Shown in pieces: positions 14,215-26,423 of a DNA stretch of 64,000 nt (its first letter is position 1; every line of letters starts with the position of its first letter). Made by a program: the position numbers and the translations under genes. Below the pieces are notes generated by a model, which had not been told where the DNA came from, did not search any database, and worked only from the letters and a program-made list of their open reading frames with translations. The stretch lies in the NCBI RefSeq assembly GCF_018977255.1, contig NW_024704742.1:16122001-16186000 (forward strand), in the 5' to 3' direction. Origin of the DNA: Callorhinchus milii (taxonomy: Eukaryota).

Positions 14215-15192
14215 AGCCAGATTACGGCACTACCTCACCCCTCACGCTGCTGAAACTCTGGTCCACGCCTTTATCACCTCAATAATAATAATAATAATAA
14301 TCCTTGCATTTGATATAGCGCTTTTCACGTCGGGAGGACGTCCCAAAGCGCTTCACAGAACACACTGTAAAATGAATTGACTGTATATATTTGTGGGCGA
14401 ACCCGGCAGCCAATTGCGCACAACAATGTCCCACAAACAGTCGTAGATTGAAAATGACCAATTTATTATTGTTTTTGTTTTTTGGAGGGATTATTATTAG
14501 GCTCTGTGTGGAGTAAGGAAACTTGCCCAAGGTTTCGCCCTGCCTGGAATTGAACTCAGGTCTCTCGCTTGCAAAGCGAGTGCTCTAACCACTCAAGGCT
14601 GGACTATGGGAACTCACTCATCGCCGGCCTTCCCGGCACCTCCCTCCACAAGCTGCAGGTCATTCAGAACTCTGCAGCTCGGGTACTGTCCCGCACCAGG
14701 CTTCACGACCACATCACTCCCACCCTCGCTCGCCTCCACTGGCTCCCCATCCCCCGGAGGATCGAATTCAAGATCCTCATCCTCACCTACAAGGCCATTC
14801 ACAGCTACCTCTCTGACCTACTATCCCCCTACTTACCTGCTCGTACCCTCCGTTCCTCTGGCTCCGGTCTGCTCCACTTCCCCCACCCCAACCGCCCGAC
14901 CATCGGTGGCCGGGCCTTCAGCCTCTCAGCCCCTAGGCTTTGGAACTCTATCCCCCAGTGCCTTCGCCTTCTTTCCACCCTTTCCTCCTTCAAGGCCGGT
15001 CTCAAGACCTTTCTCTTTGACCGAGCCTTCAACTCCCCTCTCAACTCTCTACCACCTCCTCGCTCCCTCCCTTCCCTCCTCTCACCCTGACCATTTCTCC
15101 CCTGCTCGGGTCCTGACCCAACTGTGCAGTGCCTTGGGACGTCCTCCTGGCGTGAAAGGCGCTCTATAAATGGAATCTTGTTGTTGTTGTTG
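14215..15192 (+). mobile_element. Young 5'-truncated L2 LINE (ORF2 C-terminus + 3' tail), interrupted by a SINE
   Basis: AAETLVHAFITS | [13 protein letters not shown]...[12 protein letters not shown]...[15 protein letters not shown]...[15 protein letters not shown]; ends gtgaaaggcgctctataaatggaatc(ttg)n. Confidence 0.93.
14281..14593 (-). mobile_element. Young tRNA(Ala)-like-head SINE (family A, short form)
   Basis: Reverse complement of the 24142-24470 copy, lacking ~15 nt at the 5' end. Confidence 0.93.
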
Positions 15193-15981
15193 AGTGAGTG
15201 ACCATTATTTGGGGGGATTATTGGCCAAGATACTAGAAGAAACTCCCTTCTCTTTTCAAATAGTGCCATGGGATCTTTATCGTCCAGCTGAACAGAAAGA
15301 CAGGACCTCATTTTAACATCTCATCAGAAGGCGGTCCAACAATACAGCACACCTCCAGCACTGCACTGGAGCTTCAGGATAGATTGTATGTGTTCCAAGT
15401 CCTGACATGGGGCTTCAACCCACAGCCATCTGACTCAGATGTGAGAGTGCTGCCAACTGAGCCAGGCTGACACACCATTTAGGTCATTGGTCAAGAATTT
15501 TGTGTGACACCCATTGTCAATGAATGAATGAATTGTCATGAATGATATGCCATATAAAATTGAATAACAATATCATTTAAAAATAACAGCTGCGGTTATT
15601 TTATCTGGCACGTTTATTTCAAATACATTGATTTCCACTAACTGAATTGAATTAAAGCATTTCAGAACTTCCCTAATGTGTTCATCTTGGTGTTAGTGTC
15701 TCTATCAGACGTTTGTATGGGTATTCAATCATGTACACATAGAACTATCTGCATTTCAGACCACATGGAACTCATTGGGTCTGTAATGTGCATATATTGT
15801 AACCAAAGCAGTTTTGAATCAGACAAATATCAAAATGTCCTCATTAGCATAATATTTGAGCCTAACAAACAATTGTTGTGAATTATTAAAACAAATAATG
15901 TAAGGCACTTTAAATCCTACAGTCTTTAGTTCATTCTGTATGACTGAAAAAAAGATGCCACATGTGTTTCATAATTCATAT

Positions 15982-16357
15982 GGAGTCCTGTAGCTCAGTG
16001 GTTAGAGCACTCGCCTCACAAACCAGAGACCTGGGCTTGATTCCAGGCAGGGCAAAACGTTAGGCAAGTTTCCTTACTCCACATGCCTCTATTTACCTAG
16101 CAGCAAGTATGAACCTGGTTGTTAATTGATTGGAAGATAACTTTTCCGGGTGTAATAATTCCTTCAAAAAATAAAATTTTAAAAAATTAAAAATTGGTCA
16201 CTCAAACATGACTGTTTGTGGGACACTGCTGTGCGCAATTGGCTGCTGCATTTCACCCACAAAACATAGTCAATTCACTTTATATTCTGTGAAGGGCTTT
16301 GAGACATGTCGAAGACGTGATAAGATGCTATATCAAATGCAAGGATTATTATTATTT
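15982..16357 (+). mobile_element. SINE family A, long form
   Basis: GGAGTCCTGTAGCTCAGTGGTTAGAGCAC A-box head, extra ~60-nt internal segment, Deu-like core, (ATT)n tail. Confidence 0.9.
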
Positions 16358-16839
16358 ATAATGACACCATTCTTGATTTATAAGGTAGATATTCATACAG
16401 GAAGCAGTGCAAATGTGACCACCCCTTTAAGAGTTAATATACCTTTACCAGTCATACATTAGATGTAGGATTCCCTACTAGTTTGGATTTATCCTTATTT
16501 ATGAATAAGGGATCATGATCCATAAATAGTAGGTATGAAGCTCAGATTTTGCTTTGATTAGTGCATCATATCATTTTATTGCCTTTGTATATAATTGTTG
16601 TATTTTGGAGCTGAATTATATTGTTGTTACTGCTTGATCTGTTAACTACAGATCTTTTAGACATGATGAAAGTGCACATAATCATAATGCTGTAGTATTG
16701 AATGTCTGTAAGATGTCCAACCTGTCACTCTTCTTCAGCCTGTATCCTCACTGCTATCTGTTTCTATGATTGCTGCAGTAAGTAGACCAAATGGCTCAAA
16801 TGCGGAATACTGTATTGATTGTAATGATCCCGTCTGCAA

Positions 16840-17460
16840 CTTCTAAAACCTAATTAGGCTTGTGTGGCTTTGTCAGACCCTTCATCTGTGCTACAATGAA
16901 GGTAGAGCCTTTAGAAAGTGTCACAAAAGTGCATACAAAGAAGCAGATACCTCTTCCTAATGATGCATTTAGCTTTCGCTGAATATAAATTGTTAATAGC
17001 CATAAAAATCATTTAATGGTTCCAGTCACTTAATTAATACAGTCATACACATTCTCCATTCTGTTTTATTTCACACATGAGGACTTTTAATTATTGTAGC
17101 TTTACAGTTTCTGCTGCCTGCCAATGAACCAGAGAACTTTTTGTTAAGATAATTGGACATGGTAACTGAATGTGCTAAAAGGTTAGTGTGCCTAATCTAA
17201 TGTACTATATCTATAATTCGCTAATAGGGGAATAGGCCCCATTAAGTTCCATTGCTAGCCAATACATCATTCAGCAGATTAATATGAGTTAGTTCATGGC
17301 AAAAGCCTAATTGTGAGCGTTTGATCAATACTAAAGCAATTAGGGAAAACATATCTGACTAAAAATGGAAGTATAATTCTACACTACATTTTTGTGGCTT
17401 GCCACAAATCAACATATTCTCCATCAAGTTCATCAATCTGTGTCATAAACTATGAACAAA
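16840..17460. promoter_or_regulatory. Candidate conserved non-coding element
   Basis: Repeat-free and dense in TAAT/TAATTA homeodomain cores; conservation not testable here. Confidence 0.35.
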
Positions 17461-18072
17461 AGAATAAAGATTATCTCGTTGTACATTTGTAATACAGCTA
17501 GTCTTATTATTATTATTAAAGTCTTGAAAGATCACGTAAGATAAGATGAAAAACCTCTTTGAAGTTAAATGATTTGGGATCTAATGAGTTCTCCCCCCAC
17601 TCCCACCTTCCATTACAGATAGTAGCTATCCTATAATAACATGATAACAGAAAGTGTTTCATGTTTTAGTAAACCATTATCTTCCTTTCATCTGATGTTA
17701 TTATTATTTTGCTTTAAAAAGACGATTGTTTTGCATGAATTTTAACCTGCAGTTAAAGACAAGACAAAACCCATCAATGATTTAAAAAGGAAGAAAATTG
17801 TTGCTAATGAAAGGTAATTTTTAAATCTACAGGCAAAAATTGACACAATAAAAGATGGTATATATCTTAAGAAAGTCACAAATGTCTTAGAGCATGTTAG
17901 AGGAGGCAAAACATTGAAGGAGAAGGTGTAAAATGAAATTCATGAACAATTCAAGCTTTCTTCTTATGGTGAAGGATGTCATTTAGTGTACAATAAGCTT
18001 TAGCAACTGGCTAAATTCAGCTTCTAAAACACAGGAACTTATAGAGGGACGTGAGAGGAAAAAGGCACAAGT

Positions 18073-18385
18073 TAATAATAATAATCCTTTCATTTGATAT
18101 AGCACTTTTCACGTCTTCTAGAAGTCTCAAAGCGCTTCACAGAATATACTGTAAAGTGAATTGACTGTATATTTGTGGACGAAACGCGACAGCCAATTGT
18201 GCACAGCAGTGTCCCACAAACAGTCGTGGATTGAAGTGACCAATTTATTATTGGTTTTTTTCTTAAGGGATTATTATCAGGTGCGTGGAGTAAGGAAACT
18301 TACCTAAGGTTTCGCCCTGCCTGGAATCAAACCCAGGTCTCTCACTTGCAAGGCGAGTGCTCTAAACACTGAGCTACAGGACTCC
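18073..18385 (-). mobile_element. SINE family A, short form, full length
   Basis: Ends ...gagctacaggactcc (head) and begins with the (AAT)n tail. Confidence 0.92.
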
Positions 18386-20173
18386 ATGTTGAAGGAAACC
18401 CGGAACAATACACCTCAGATCAGGTGTCACTCTGACTCAGATGGTAGTTTTCTGCCCCAGAATCATGAAGGTTGTGGGTTCAAGCCCCCTTCCCCTTAGT
18501 GGGACCTGTGGAGGACTATTTTAGGGAAGACGCCAGTATCATTTTTTTAAAAAACAGAATGTGTGTTGGAGTTTAACCAGTTAAATTCGCACAGATTGCC
18601 ATTGAAAGCTTGTTGATGTTTGTTCAGCTAGACCACCACACCCATTAAAGCTTGGCATGTAGGGTTAACAGGAACTGAGTAAAAAGAATTCCTTCCCCCA
18701 TTGACCAGTCTGGCCCTCCAAGTTCTACTCATGAGGCAAACTGGCTGGTTTGTCATCAGCAGTGCCAGAAGTACCGTCGACCCACTTAGCTCAGGAACCG
18801 GACTACCGATACCGCCACAAAGGATTGATTAAATTCCAGCATTCCATAGCCAAGTGTGTTACCTTGAAGCCAGTTCAACTGCAAAGGGACCCTGATGATT
18901 TCCCCCCCAAGGAGGATAGTTGGTTATTTGACATCTGACAAGCACAGGCTGAGTCCTCACTAGGTGGATGGCAAGTACCAGAAACTCTCTGGAAGCTTCC
19001 TGTTGAGCAGCACGGCTCAGCATGAAATGCATTAGAGCATGTGTCTGTGTATCTTGGGAGATGAGGAAAGCTGAACATTTTATGTACTTCCTTAAATCAC
19101 AAGAACATAAAAATGTGTAAAACAAGACACGCTCATAAACCTCATTAACTCCATTCCTGCTATGGATTACAAAAACTTGTTTTCAATATATGAACTGTAT
19201 CAATAAATGTAGAAACTAAGCTTTGCAAAGAGAAGATTGTAATCCTTTCACTTGCACTTGCAAGGAGATTGGATTACCTTGTCATGTACTTGCATCCCAA
19301 TAATTAAGATGACAATTAACACTGCCAGAAGTACACATTTCATAATGGTACCAATTTGAAAATTCATAAATGATCTAACAGTAGTCAAAACACTCATCTT
19401 GAAGTGCTTTGTAGTTTGGGAAACAAAACTGAATGGTTCACTGGTTCTAACTTCTCATGCCTTTTATTTGCATCATTAAGCAAAGTGCCAGCAGGTAGAA
19501 AGAATAGAAGATCTGACCTCATCATGACAAAGTTGAAGCCAAGGTTGGCTCCTTCTAAGAACAATATTCTGAAAAATATCTGAAGTCATACCACTTGTCT
19601 CAGTGGTTATTGTGCCACTGGCAAGTAGGACTTTATGCTACTGATAACTCGGAAGTTCAACCTTTCAAGTAGCTAGTGTTCAGAGCCAAAGGACAAGCCA
19701 TATGAAATAAGACAAGCACTTGACCTAATTGTTAATACAGCTATATCAGTTTCAATATTTTACAATGTGATTTACTGAGTATCTGAATTATTGAATAGTA
19801 TTTTCAAAAGATGAATCTGCCATTGTGATATAAATTACTGTGAAATTTACATTATTCTGCCCCAATTAAAAAAATACATATTACTCGAGAGTTGGGCATA
19901 TATAAATGAATCATAATAGGAAACTGAAGTTCTTTGAATAGGTTGAATTTTAGGATTATGCATGTGTACAATTTTATTAACAAGACTCCTGCAATTATTA
20001 GAGTTAGAACGTAAGAATGCTAGATATGAAAAAAGTGCATTCATAACTATGCATTTTGAAAAGGTTCAATGTTTTTTCCTCTTCCACCTTGTTGGGCAGA
20101 TTATTTTAAGCAGTCATCATTCTTTGAGTAAATAAATGTTTTAACCAATGTTCAACCTGAGCAGTTCAATGTG

Positions 20174-20575
20174 TATCAGCCTGGTTCAGTTGCAAGCACT
20201 CTCACCTCTGAATCAGAAAGTTGTGGGTCCAAGCCTCATGTTAAGAATTGGAACTATAATCTCTTCTAACACTTGAATACAGTGTGAGGTGTGTTGCATT
20301 TTTGGATATCCCGTCTTCCAAAGAGGCAGTAAGCCAAAGACCCTGCTACCTGTTCAGTTGGATGTTAAAGATCCCATGGCACTATTTGAAAAGAAAAGAG
20401 CATTTCTCCCAGTGTTCTGGCCAACAATCCCCCAAATAAAATTGATCATTCACTTCAAGGCTGTTTGCTATTCACCCACAAAACACAGTCACAGCACTTT
20501 ACAGAATATTGTGTGAAACGTTTCGGGATGCTTCTACTGTGAAAGGTGCTAACGAAATGTAAGGATTATTATTAT
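20174..20575 (+). mobile_element. Older SINE family B, near full length
   Basis: tcagcctggttcagttgcaagcactctcacctctgaatcagaaagttgtgggtccaagcc head; gatcccatggcactatttgaa Deu-like core; aaggattattatt tail. Confidence 0.8.
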
Positions 20576-21053
20576 AATAGATTGAACATTAAATTTGGGA
20601 TGGAAAAGTATTGAGCTCGAATCCAATGGACTGAAATCAATCTTAAAATTATTTTCTTAAAATGTTTCTTGAAATTGTGCCAGACGTTGGAAAGAATAAC
20701 TGTGGAATCGGGTTTCCAAATTAAGACTGAATTTAAGAATTTTATAAAATTCTAAATGATCTCAAATTTTAAGATAATTATCTCAAGGCTAAAATCAGAA
20801 GCATCCTTGGGCTTTATAATCATTACCTGAATATTTGTCATTGGGTTAGCAATATACTACATAAAATAAAATATTTTTTTTAAAAAACAGTCGCCTGTAT
20901 ATTTTGTAAGTTGCATGCAGGTGGGCGCAAACAGAATTTCTTCATCTTCTTATCATGAGTAGTGCTATTCTGTAGCTGATTCTTAGATTTACTAACATAG
21001 GTGTGAGATTGAGTATGATGTTCGGTCAATACCTTTAATATCTGAGCTTATAT

Positions 21054-21352
21054 TCCTGTAGCTCAGTGGTTAGAGTGCTCGCCTTGCAAGCAAGACACTT
21101 GGGTTCAATTCCGGGCAGGGCGAAACCTTGGGCAAGTTTCCTTACTCCACACGCCTAATAATAATCCCTCCAAAAAACAAAAACAATGATAAATTGGTCA
21201 TTTTCAATCCATAACTGTTTGTGGGACACTGCTGTGTGCAATCGGCCACCGCATTTCGTCCACAAATATATAGTCAATTCACTTTACAGCATATTCTTTG
21301 AAGCACTTTGAAAAGTGCTATATCAAATGCAAGGATTATTATTATTATTATT
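21054..21352 (+). mobile_element. SINE family A, short form
   Basis: A box TAGCTCAGTGG, B box GGTTCAATTCC, internal deletion in the tail stem-loop. Confidence 0.92.
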
Positions 21353-22558
21353 GAAAGGGATTTTACAATTCTAAGTTCACATCGCCATGTCAGTAAATTT
21401 ACCAATTATCAGAGAATCATCCTTTCTTTTCATTGTGCAAAGTCTTAGCCTCTATCCCAGTGAAAGGCAGTGATTATGAATGACTAAATGTAGGTTAGGA
21501 CCTATTTATAGGTCTTGCATAATAGTTCAGACTTATTAATGTCTGACTGAGTGCTCAGAAATACATGCATCTTGGCAGACAGGAGAGTGCAGACATTGGA
21601 AAAAGGATCCTACACTGAGCTAAATAGTTCATTATCAAAAGCGTCTGCAAATCTATATGGCTCCCACATCACTAATTATGTCTTAAATACTAGACATACA
21701 ATCGATTTTAAAAACATCAAAACCAATAAACGAGTACATCAGGCAGTGGAGACCCAGGATGCATAATATATAAACAACTGATAAACAGTTTCTCACATGC
21801 CCTCAAGTAGTATGCTTTTCAGACTTCCTACAATCATTGAAAAATGGTTTCAATGTTGATAATGTATATTGCATATAAGAAAGTAGGAATGAAAGTGTCA
21901 TAAGGTGAAGCCTCAAGTGTGGAGCTAATCCAGCAGCACATTGCTTGCATTTCAGCACTTAAGAAATACTCACTGGGGTAGGTGCAAGACCAATAACAGT
22001 AGTTCCTGTTATTTTTCTCAGTCAAGGTTTAGTGCTTTTCATCTGTCAAAGTGTGGTCACAGGTATGTATTCAAGTCCCTAGTGGTTAAGTTTGTTTGCA
22101 TGCAAAAAACAAATCCGAAACAGCAGTCTGCATTAACCAGGGGTCCAATAAAATGTGATCCTTGCATTTTGATATAATAACGACTTAACAACAACAACTT
22201 GCACTTATATAGCGCCCTCCACGCAGGGTAGTGTCTCAGAGTGCTTAAATATAGCACCTTATCACATTGTTGAAACACTTCAAAGTGTTTCACCGTTTAA
22301 AATAGTTAATTAACGTAGCAGCAATTGTCTTTGTTGAGCCTATCCCACACAATACTTTTCTAGGAAAAAGTGCATTCTTCTATTTTCTAATTCCATACAA
22401 GGCTTTTTAATATTTAAACCAATTTTAAACTTTCTAGTTTTGCTGCCTTTTCAATCAATTGATTTGCTTTTGAAGGTAGACTGATTAAAATCTCTCAATG
22501 GGATCAAAATTATGATGTTTTTAAAAATTATTTTCTCTTACATATAACCAGGGATACG

Positions 22559-22945
22559 ACAACAACAACAACAAGATTCCATTTATAGAGCGCCTTTCAC
22601 GTCGGGAGGATGTCCCAAGGCGCTGTACAGTTGGGTCAGGACCCGAGCACGGGGGAAATGGTCAGGGTGAGGGGAGGGAAGGGAGGGAGCGAGGATGGGG
22701 TAGAGAGTCGAGAGGGGAGCTGAAGGTACAGTCAAAGAGAAAGGTCTTGAGACCGGCCTTGAAGGAAGAAAGGGAGGAGGCGGCGAAGGCACTGGGGGAT
22801 AGAGTTCCAGAGCCTCGGGGCTGAGAGGCTGAAGGCCCGGCCACCGATGGTAGGGTGGTTGGAGCGGGGGATGTGGAGCAGACCGGAGCCAGAGGAACGG
22901 AGGGTACGAGCAGGTAGGTAGGGGGATAGTAGGTTGGAGAGGTAA
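22559..22945 (-). mobile_element. Young L2 3' fragment
   Basis: Highly similar (reverse complement) to 14810-15192; (CAA)n tail. Confidence 0.92.
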
Positions 22946-23289
22946 TTAAGGAACTCTTTATTGACTTGAAATAGTCCATTGAAACAAGTTAGGGACTGAA
23001 CATCTCCTTGGTTTCAAGAGAATGATTTCTCCCTCAGCCTTCTCACAATCAATGTGGTCACTATATTTTTGTTTTAATTTCATGAGAGCTTATGTTTTCA
23101 TTTCAAGTTTGTAGGACAGCTTTTTAACTTTAAAATTTTACTTTCAAAATGTGTCTATTCAACGGTTCACTTCTGAGGCTTTGCACTTTCCTGTTGCAGT
23201 GTCTTTACTTTTCCTCGTCTAAAGACTTCTCCTTCTGCCAGAACACAATATTCCTATCGTCAGTTCTCTCCTGTTCATCACCCACACCT

Positions 23290-23760
23290 CGACAAATCAT
23301 CCCCAGGAATTCGGTCCACTTCCACCTGTATGCAGATAACATTCAACCCTACTTTCTCTCTTCACCCAAATTCAATAATTACTGCTGTTCTGACACACTG
23401 TCTGTCAGACATCAAGTCCTAGCTGATTCTTAACTTTCTCCAACTCAACTTTGACAAAACTGAGGCTATCCTACTCGGTACCCATCAGCATCTCCTCACC
23501 TCAGGACTGACTGTATTGATCTCCTCAGTTACACACTATATATCATTGAGCCTGTACAAAAACTCAGCATTTTGTTTGATCCTCAACTTTCCTTTAAACC
23601 TTTCATCTGCACACTGACTAAGTTCACTTTCATCCGTCTCTGCAACCTTGCCCACCTCTGTCATTTCCTCACTAACCCATTGTCACCTTTTCCAATGCCC
23701 TGTTTACCGGCTTGCCCAGCTTCACCCTCCACAGGCTTCATGCCAACCAGACCTACACAG
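23290..23760 (+). mobile_element. Old L2 ORF2 fragment (RT C-terminal part)
   Basis: FHLYADNIQPY (YADD-like motif), NFLQLNFDKTEAILLG, ILFDPQLSFKP. Confidence 0.75.
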
Positions 23761-23829
23761 CCCAAATCTTCTCTCCCACTATTGTATAGATATAGTAATC
23801 ATCTACAGTATAGGTTAAACGGCATCTAT

Positions 23830-24940
23830 GGAGTCCTGTAGCATATTGGTTCGAGCACTCGCCTCACAAGTGAGATGACCTGGGTTCAATTCCGGGCAAG
23901 GCGAATTGTTAGACAAGTTTCTTTGCTCCATAGGCCTCTGTTTACCTAACAGTAAGCAGGAACCCAGTTGTTAGTCGATTGGCGGATCGCTTTTCTGGGA
24001 GTAATAATCCCTTCAAGAAATAAATAAAATAATTTGGTCACTCAATCTACGACTGTTTATGGGACACTGCCGCATTTTGCCCAGAAATAATAATAATAAA
24101 TAATAATCCTTGCATTTGATGTAGCAAATTTGATGTTTTGTGGAGTCCTGTAGCTCAGTGGTTAGAGCACTCGCTTTGCAAGTGAGAGACCTGAGTTCAA
24201 TCTCCGGCAGGTCAAGGCAAAACCTTGGGCAAGTTTCCTTACTCCACACAGAGCCTAATAATAATCTCTCCAAAACCAAAAACAATAATAAATTGGTCAT
24301 TTTCAATCTACGACTGTTTGTGGGACATTGCTGTGCGCAATTGGCTGCCGCGTTCGCCCACAAATATACAGTCAATTCACTTTACAGTGTGTTCTGTGAA
24401 GCGCTTTGGGACGTCCTCCCGACGTGAAAAGCGCTATATCAAATGCAAGGATTATTATTATTATTATTATAGCACCTTATCAAGTGTTCAAAATGTCTCA
24501 AAACACTACATTGAATATACTGTAAAGCAAATTGACTGCAAATGTTGTGGGCAAACGCAGCAGCTAATTACACACTGCAGTGTCCCACAAACAGTCGTGG
24601 ATTGAGTGACCAAATTATTATTAAAATTTTGGAAAGAATTATTACCCCCGGAAAAGCGATCTGCCAATCAATGAACAACCAGCTTCCTACTTAATTCTAG
24701 GTAAACTGAGGCTTGTGGAGTAAGGAAACTAGCCCAACGTTTCGCCCTGCCGGGAAACGAACCCAGGTTTCTAGTTTGCAAGGCGAGTACTCTAGCCACT
24801 GACCTACAGGACGCTGCATAATATACACTTTAACTCTAACGCTCTAACAGGTGTGTCAACTCACTTTACAGTAAATTCTGTGAATCGCTTTGAGATGCCT
24901 CAAAGACGTGATAAGGCACTTTATCAAGTGCAAGGATCAT
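23830..24940. mobile_element. Nest of three family A SINEs: outer + (23830-24086, 24855-24940), middle - (24087-24126, 24470-24813), inner + (24142-24470)
   Basis: Three tRNA-like heads and three tails; the split halves join into complete elements when the inner ones are removed. Confidence 0.88.
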
Positions 24941-25396
24941 GATATACAATAGTATCAACAAGGTCATCTGTCATGCTCAGCATGCTAGGATCTTGATTAC
25001 CTTTGTTCTTTCTTCTTTCCTATAAACAAATGCTGCTCTACTGCAGCTCAGTGTAGCAATTCACACCAAGCCTTTTCCCCGCTGGATGTCCTCCTGACGT
25101 GAAAGGCGTTATACAAATGTAATTTGTTGTTGTTGTAAAGTAGATGGGTCATTTTCTCTCCCTCTAGGGAGAGCAGGCTACAAGGAAAAGTAAATCAAAG
25201 AACTCAAGTCATAAAAACTGATATAACTAATGAAAGATCATAATCTTTTTTGAAATAATATATTGATTCAAAGCTAGCAAACAGCATAGTGACTGTAATA
25301 GGTTATACTACACCTATACAATATTATCACCCTGTTCATCTGTCATGCTCAGCATGCTAAGATTCTGGTTACCCTTGTTCTTTCTTTTCAAAAGAC

Positions 25397-26423
25397 ATTA
25401 TACAAAGTGCCACATAAGAGACTTATAAACAAAATAGAAGCCTATGGTTTTAAAGGGACTGTGGCAACATGGATCCAGAACAGCTTGGAGACAGAAAGCA
25501 GAAAGTTGTAGTAAATGGTTGCTTTTCTGACAGGAGGGAGGTGTGTAGTGGTGTCCCTCAGGGGTCAGTATTGGGTTCACTGCTCTTTTTGATCTATATA
25601 AATGATCTGGATCTGGATACTGGAGCACAATTTCCAAATTTGCAGACGATTCTAAGCTAGGAAAAATAGTCAACGGTGAGGAGGATAGCACCAAACTCCA
25701 AGAGGACTTAGACAGATTGGTAAAATGGGCAGAAACGTGGCAGATGAGGTTTAATATCGAGAAATGCAAAGTTTTACATTTTGGTAGGAAGAATGAGGAG
25801 AGGCAGTAGAAGCTAGATGGTACAATCTTAATTGGGGCAAATGAACAGAGAGACCTGGAGGCCCACATAAGCAAATTTCTGAAGGTGGCAGGACAGGTAG
25901 ATAAAGCTATTAAAAAAGCATACGAGATACCAGGTTTTATAAATAGGGGCATAGAATTCAAAAGTCAGGAGGTTATGTTCAATATTTTTAAGATGCTGGT
26001 TAGGCCTCAGTTGGAGTTCTGTATTCATTTCTGGGCACCACACATTAGGAAAGATGTTAGGACATTGGAGAGGGTTCAAAGGAGGTTTACCAGGATGGTA
26101 CCAGGAATGAAGGACCTTAGTTATGAGGAGAGGTTAGTAAAATTAGGATTATTCTCCTTAGAGCAGAGAAGATTAAGAGGGATTTAATAGAGGTTTTCAA
26201 GATCATGAGAGGATCTGATAGGTTGAACTGGGAAAAATTGTTTCCATGAGCATGTGGGTCAGTAAACCGAGGGCACTGATTTAAGATAGTTGTTAAAAGA
26301 AACAGAGAGGAGGTTAAGGAAAAAAAGGTTAGGGATTGAGTTGGATTGCTCTTTTCGGAGCTGGCGCAGTCATGATGGGGTGAATGGCCTCTTTCTGTGC
26401 TGTATGATTCTATGATTCTATGA
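25397..26423 (+). mobile_element. CR1 LINE 3' fragment (RT C-terminus + 3' UTR), frameshifted
   Basis: [59 protein letters not shown]; (ATTCTATG)n terminus. Confidence 0.93.

Larger units (their letters stand above)
14070..15474 (-). mobile_element. Older SINE family B split into two halves (~14070-14208 and 15192-15474) by an L2 insertion
   Basis: Left half ends ...ccccacaatcagccactgag and right half resumes gagtgagtgacc...; the uninterrupted copy at 31830 reads ccacaaacagccatggagtgagtgacc. Confidence 0.75.

Noticed and set aside
14569..15311. Several 160-187 aa overlapping ORFs
   Set aside because: One frame is the L2 ORF2 C-terminus; the others are alternative frames of the same GC-rich fragment.
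24142..24215. tRNA-Ala(TGC)-like sequence (also at 15982, 18385, 21054, 23830, 50846)
   Set aside because: Each continues into a SINE body and tail and lacks a proper acceptor stem, so these are SINE heads, not tRNA genes.
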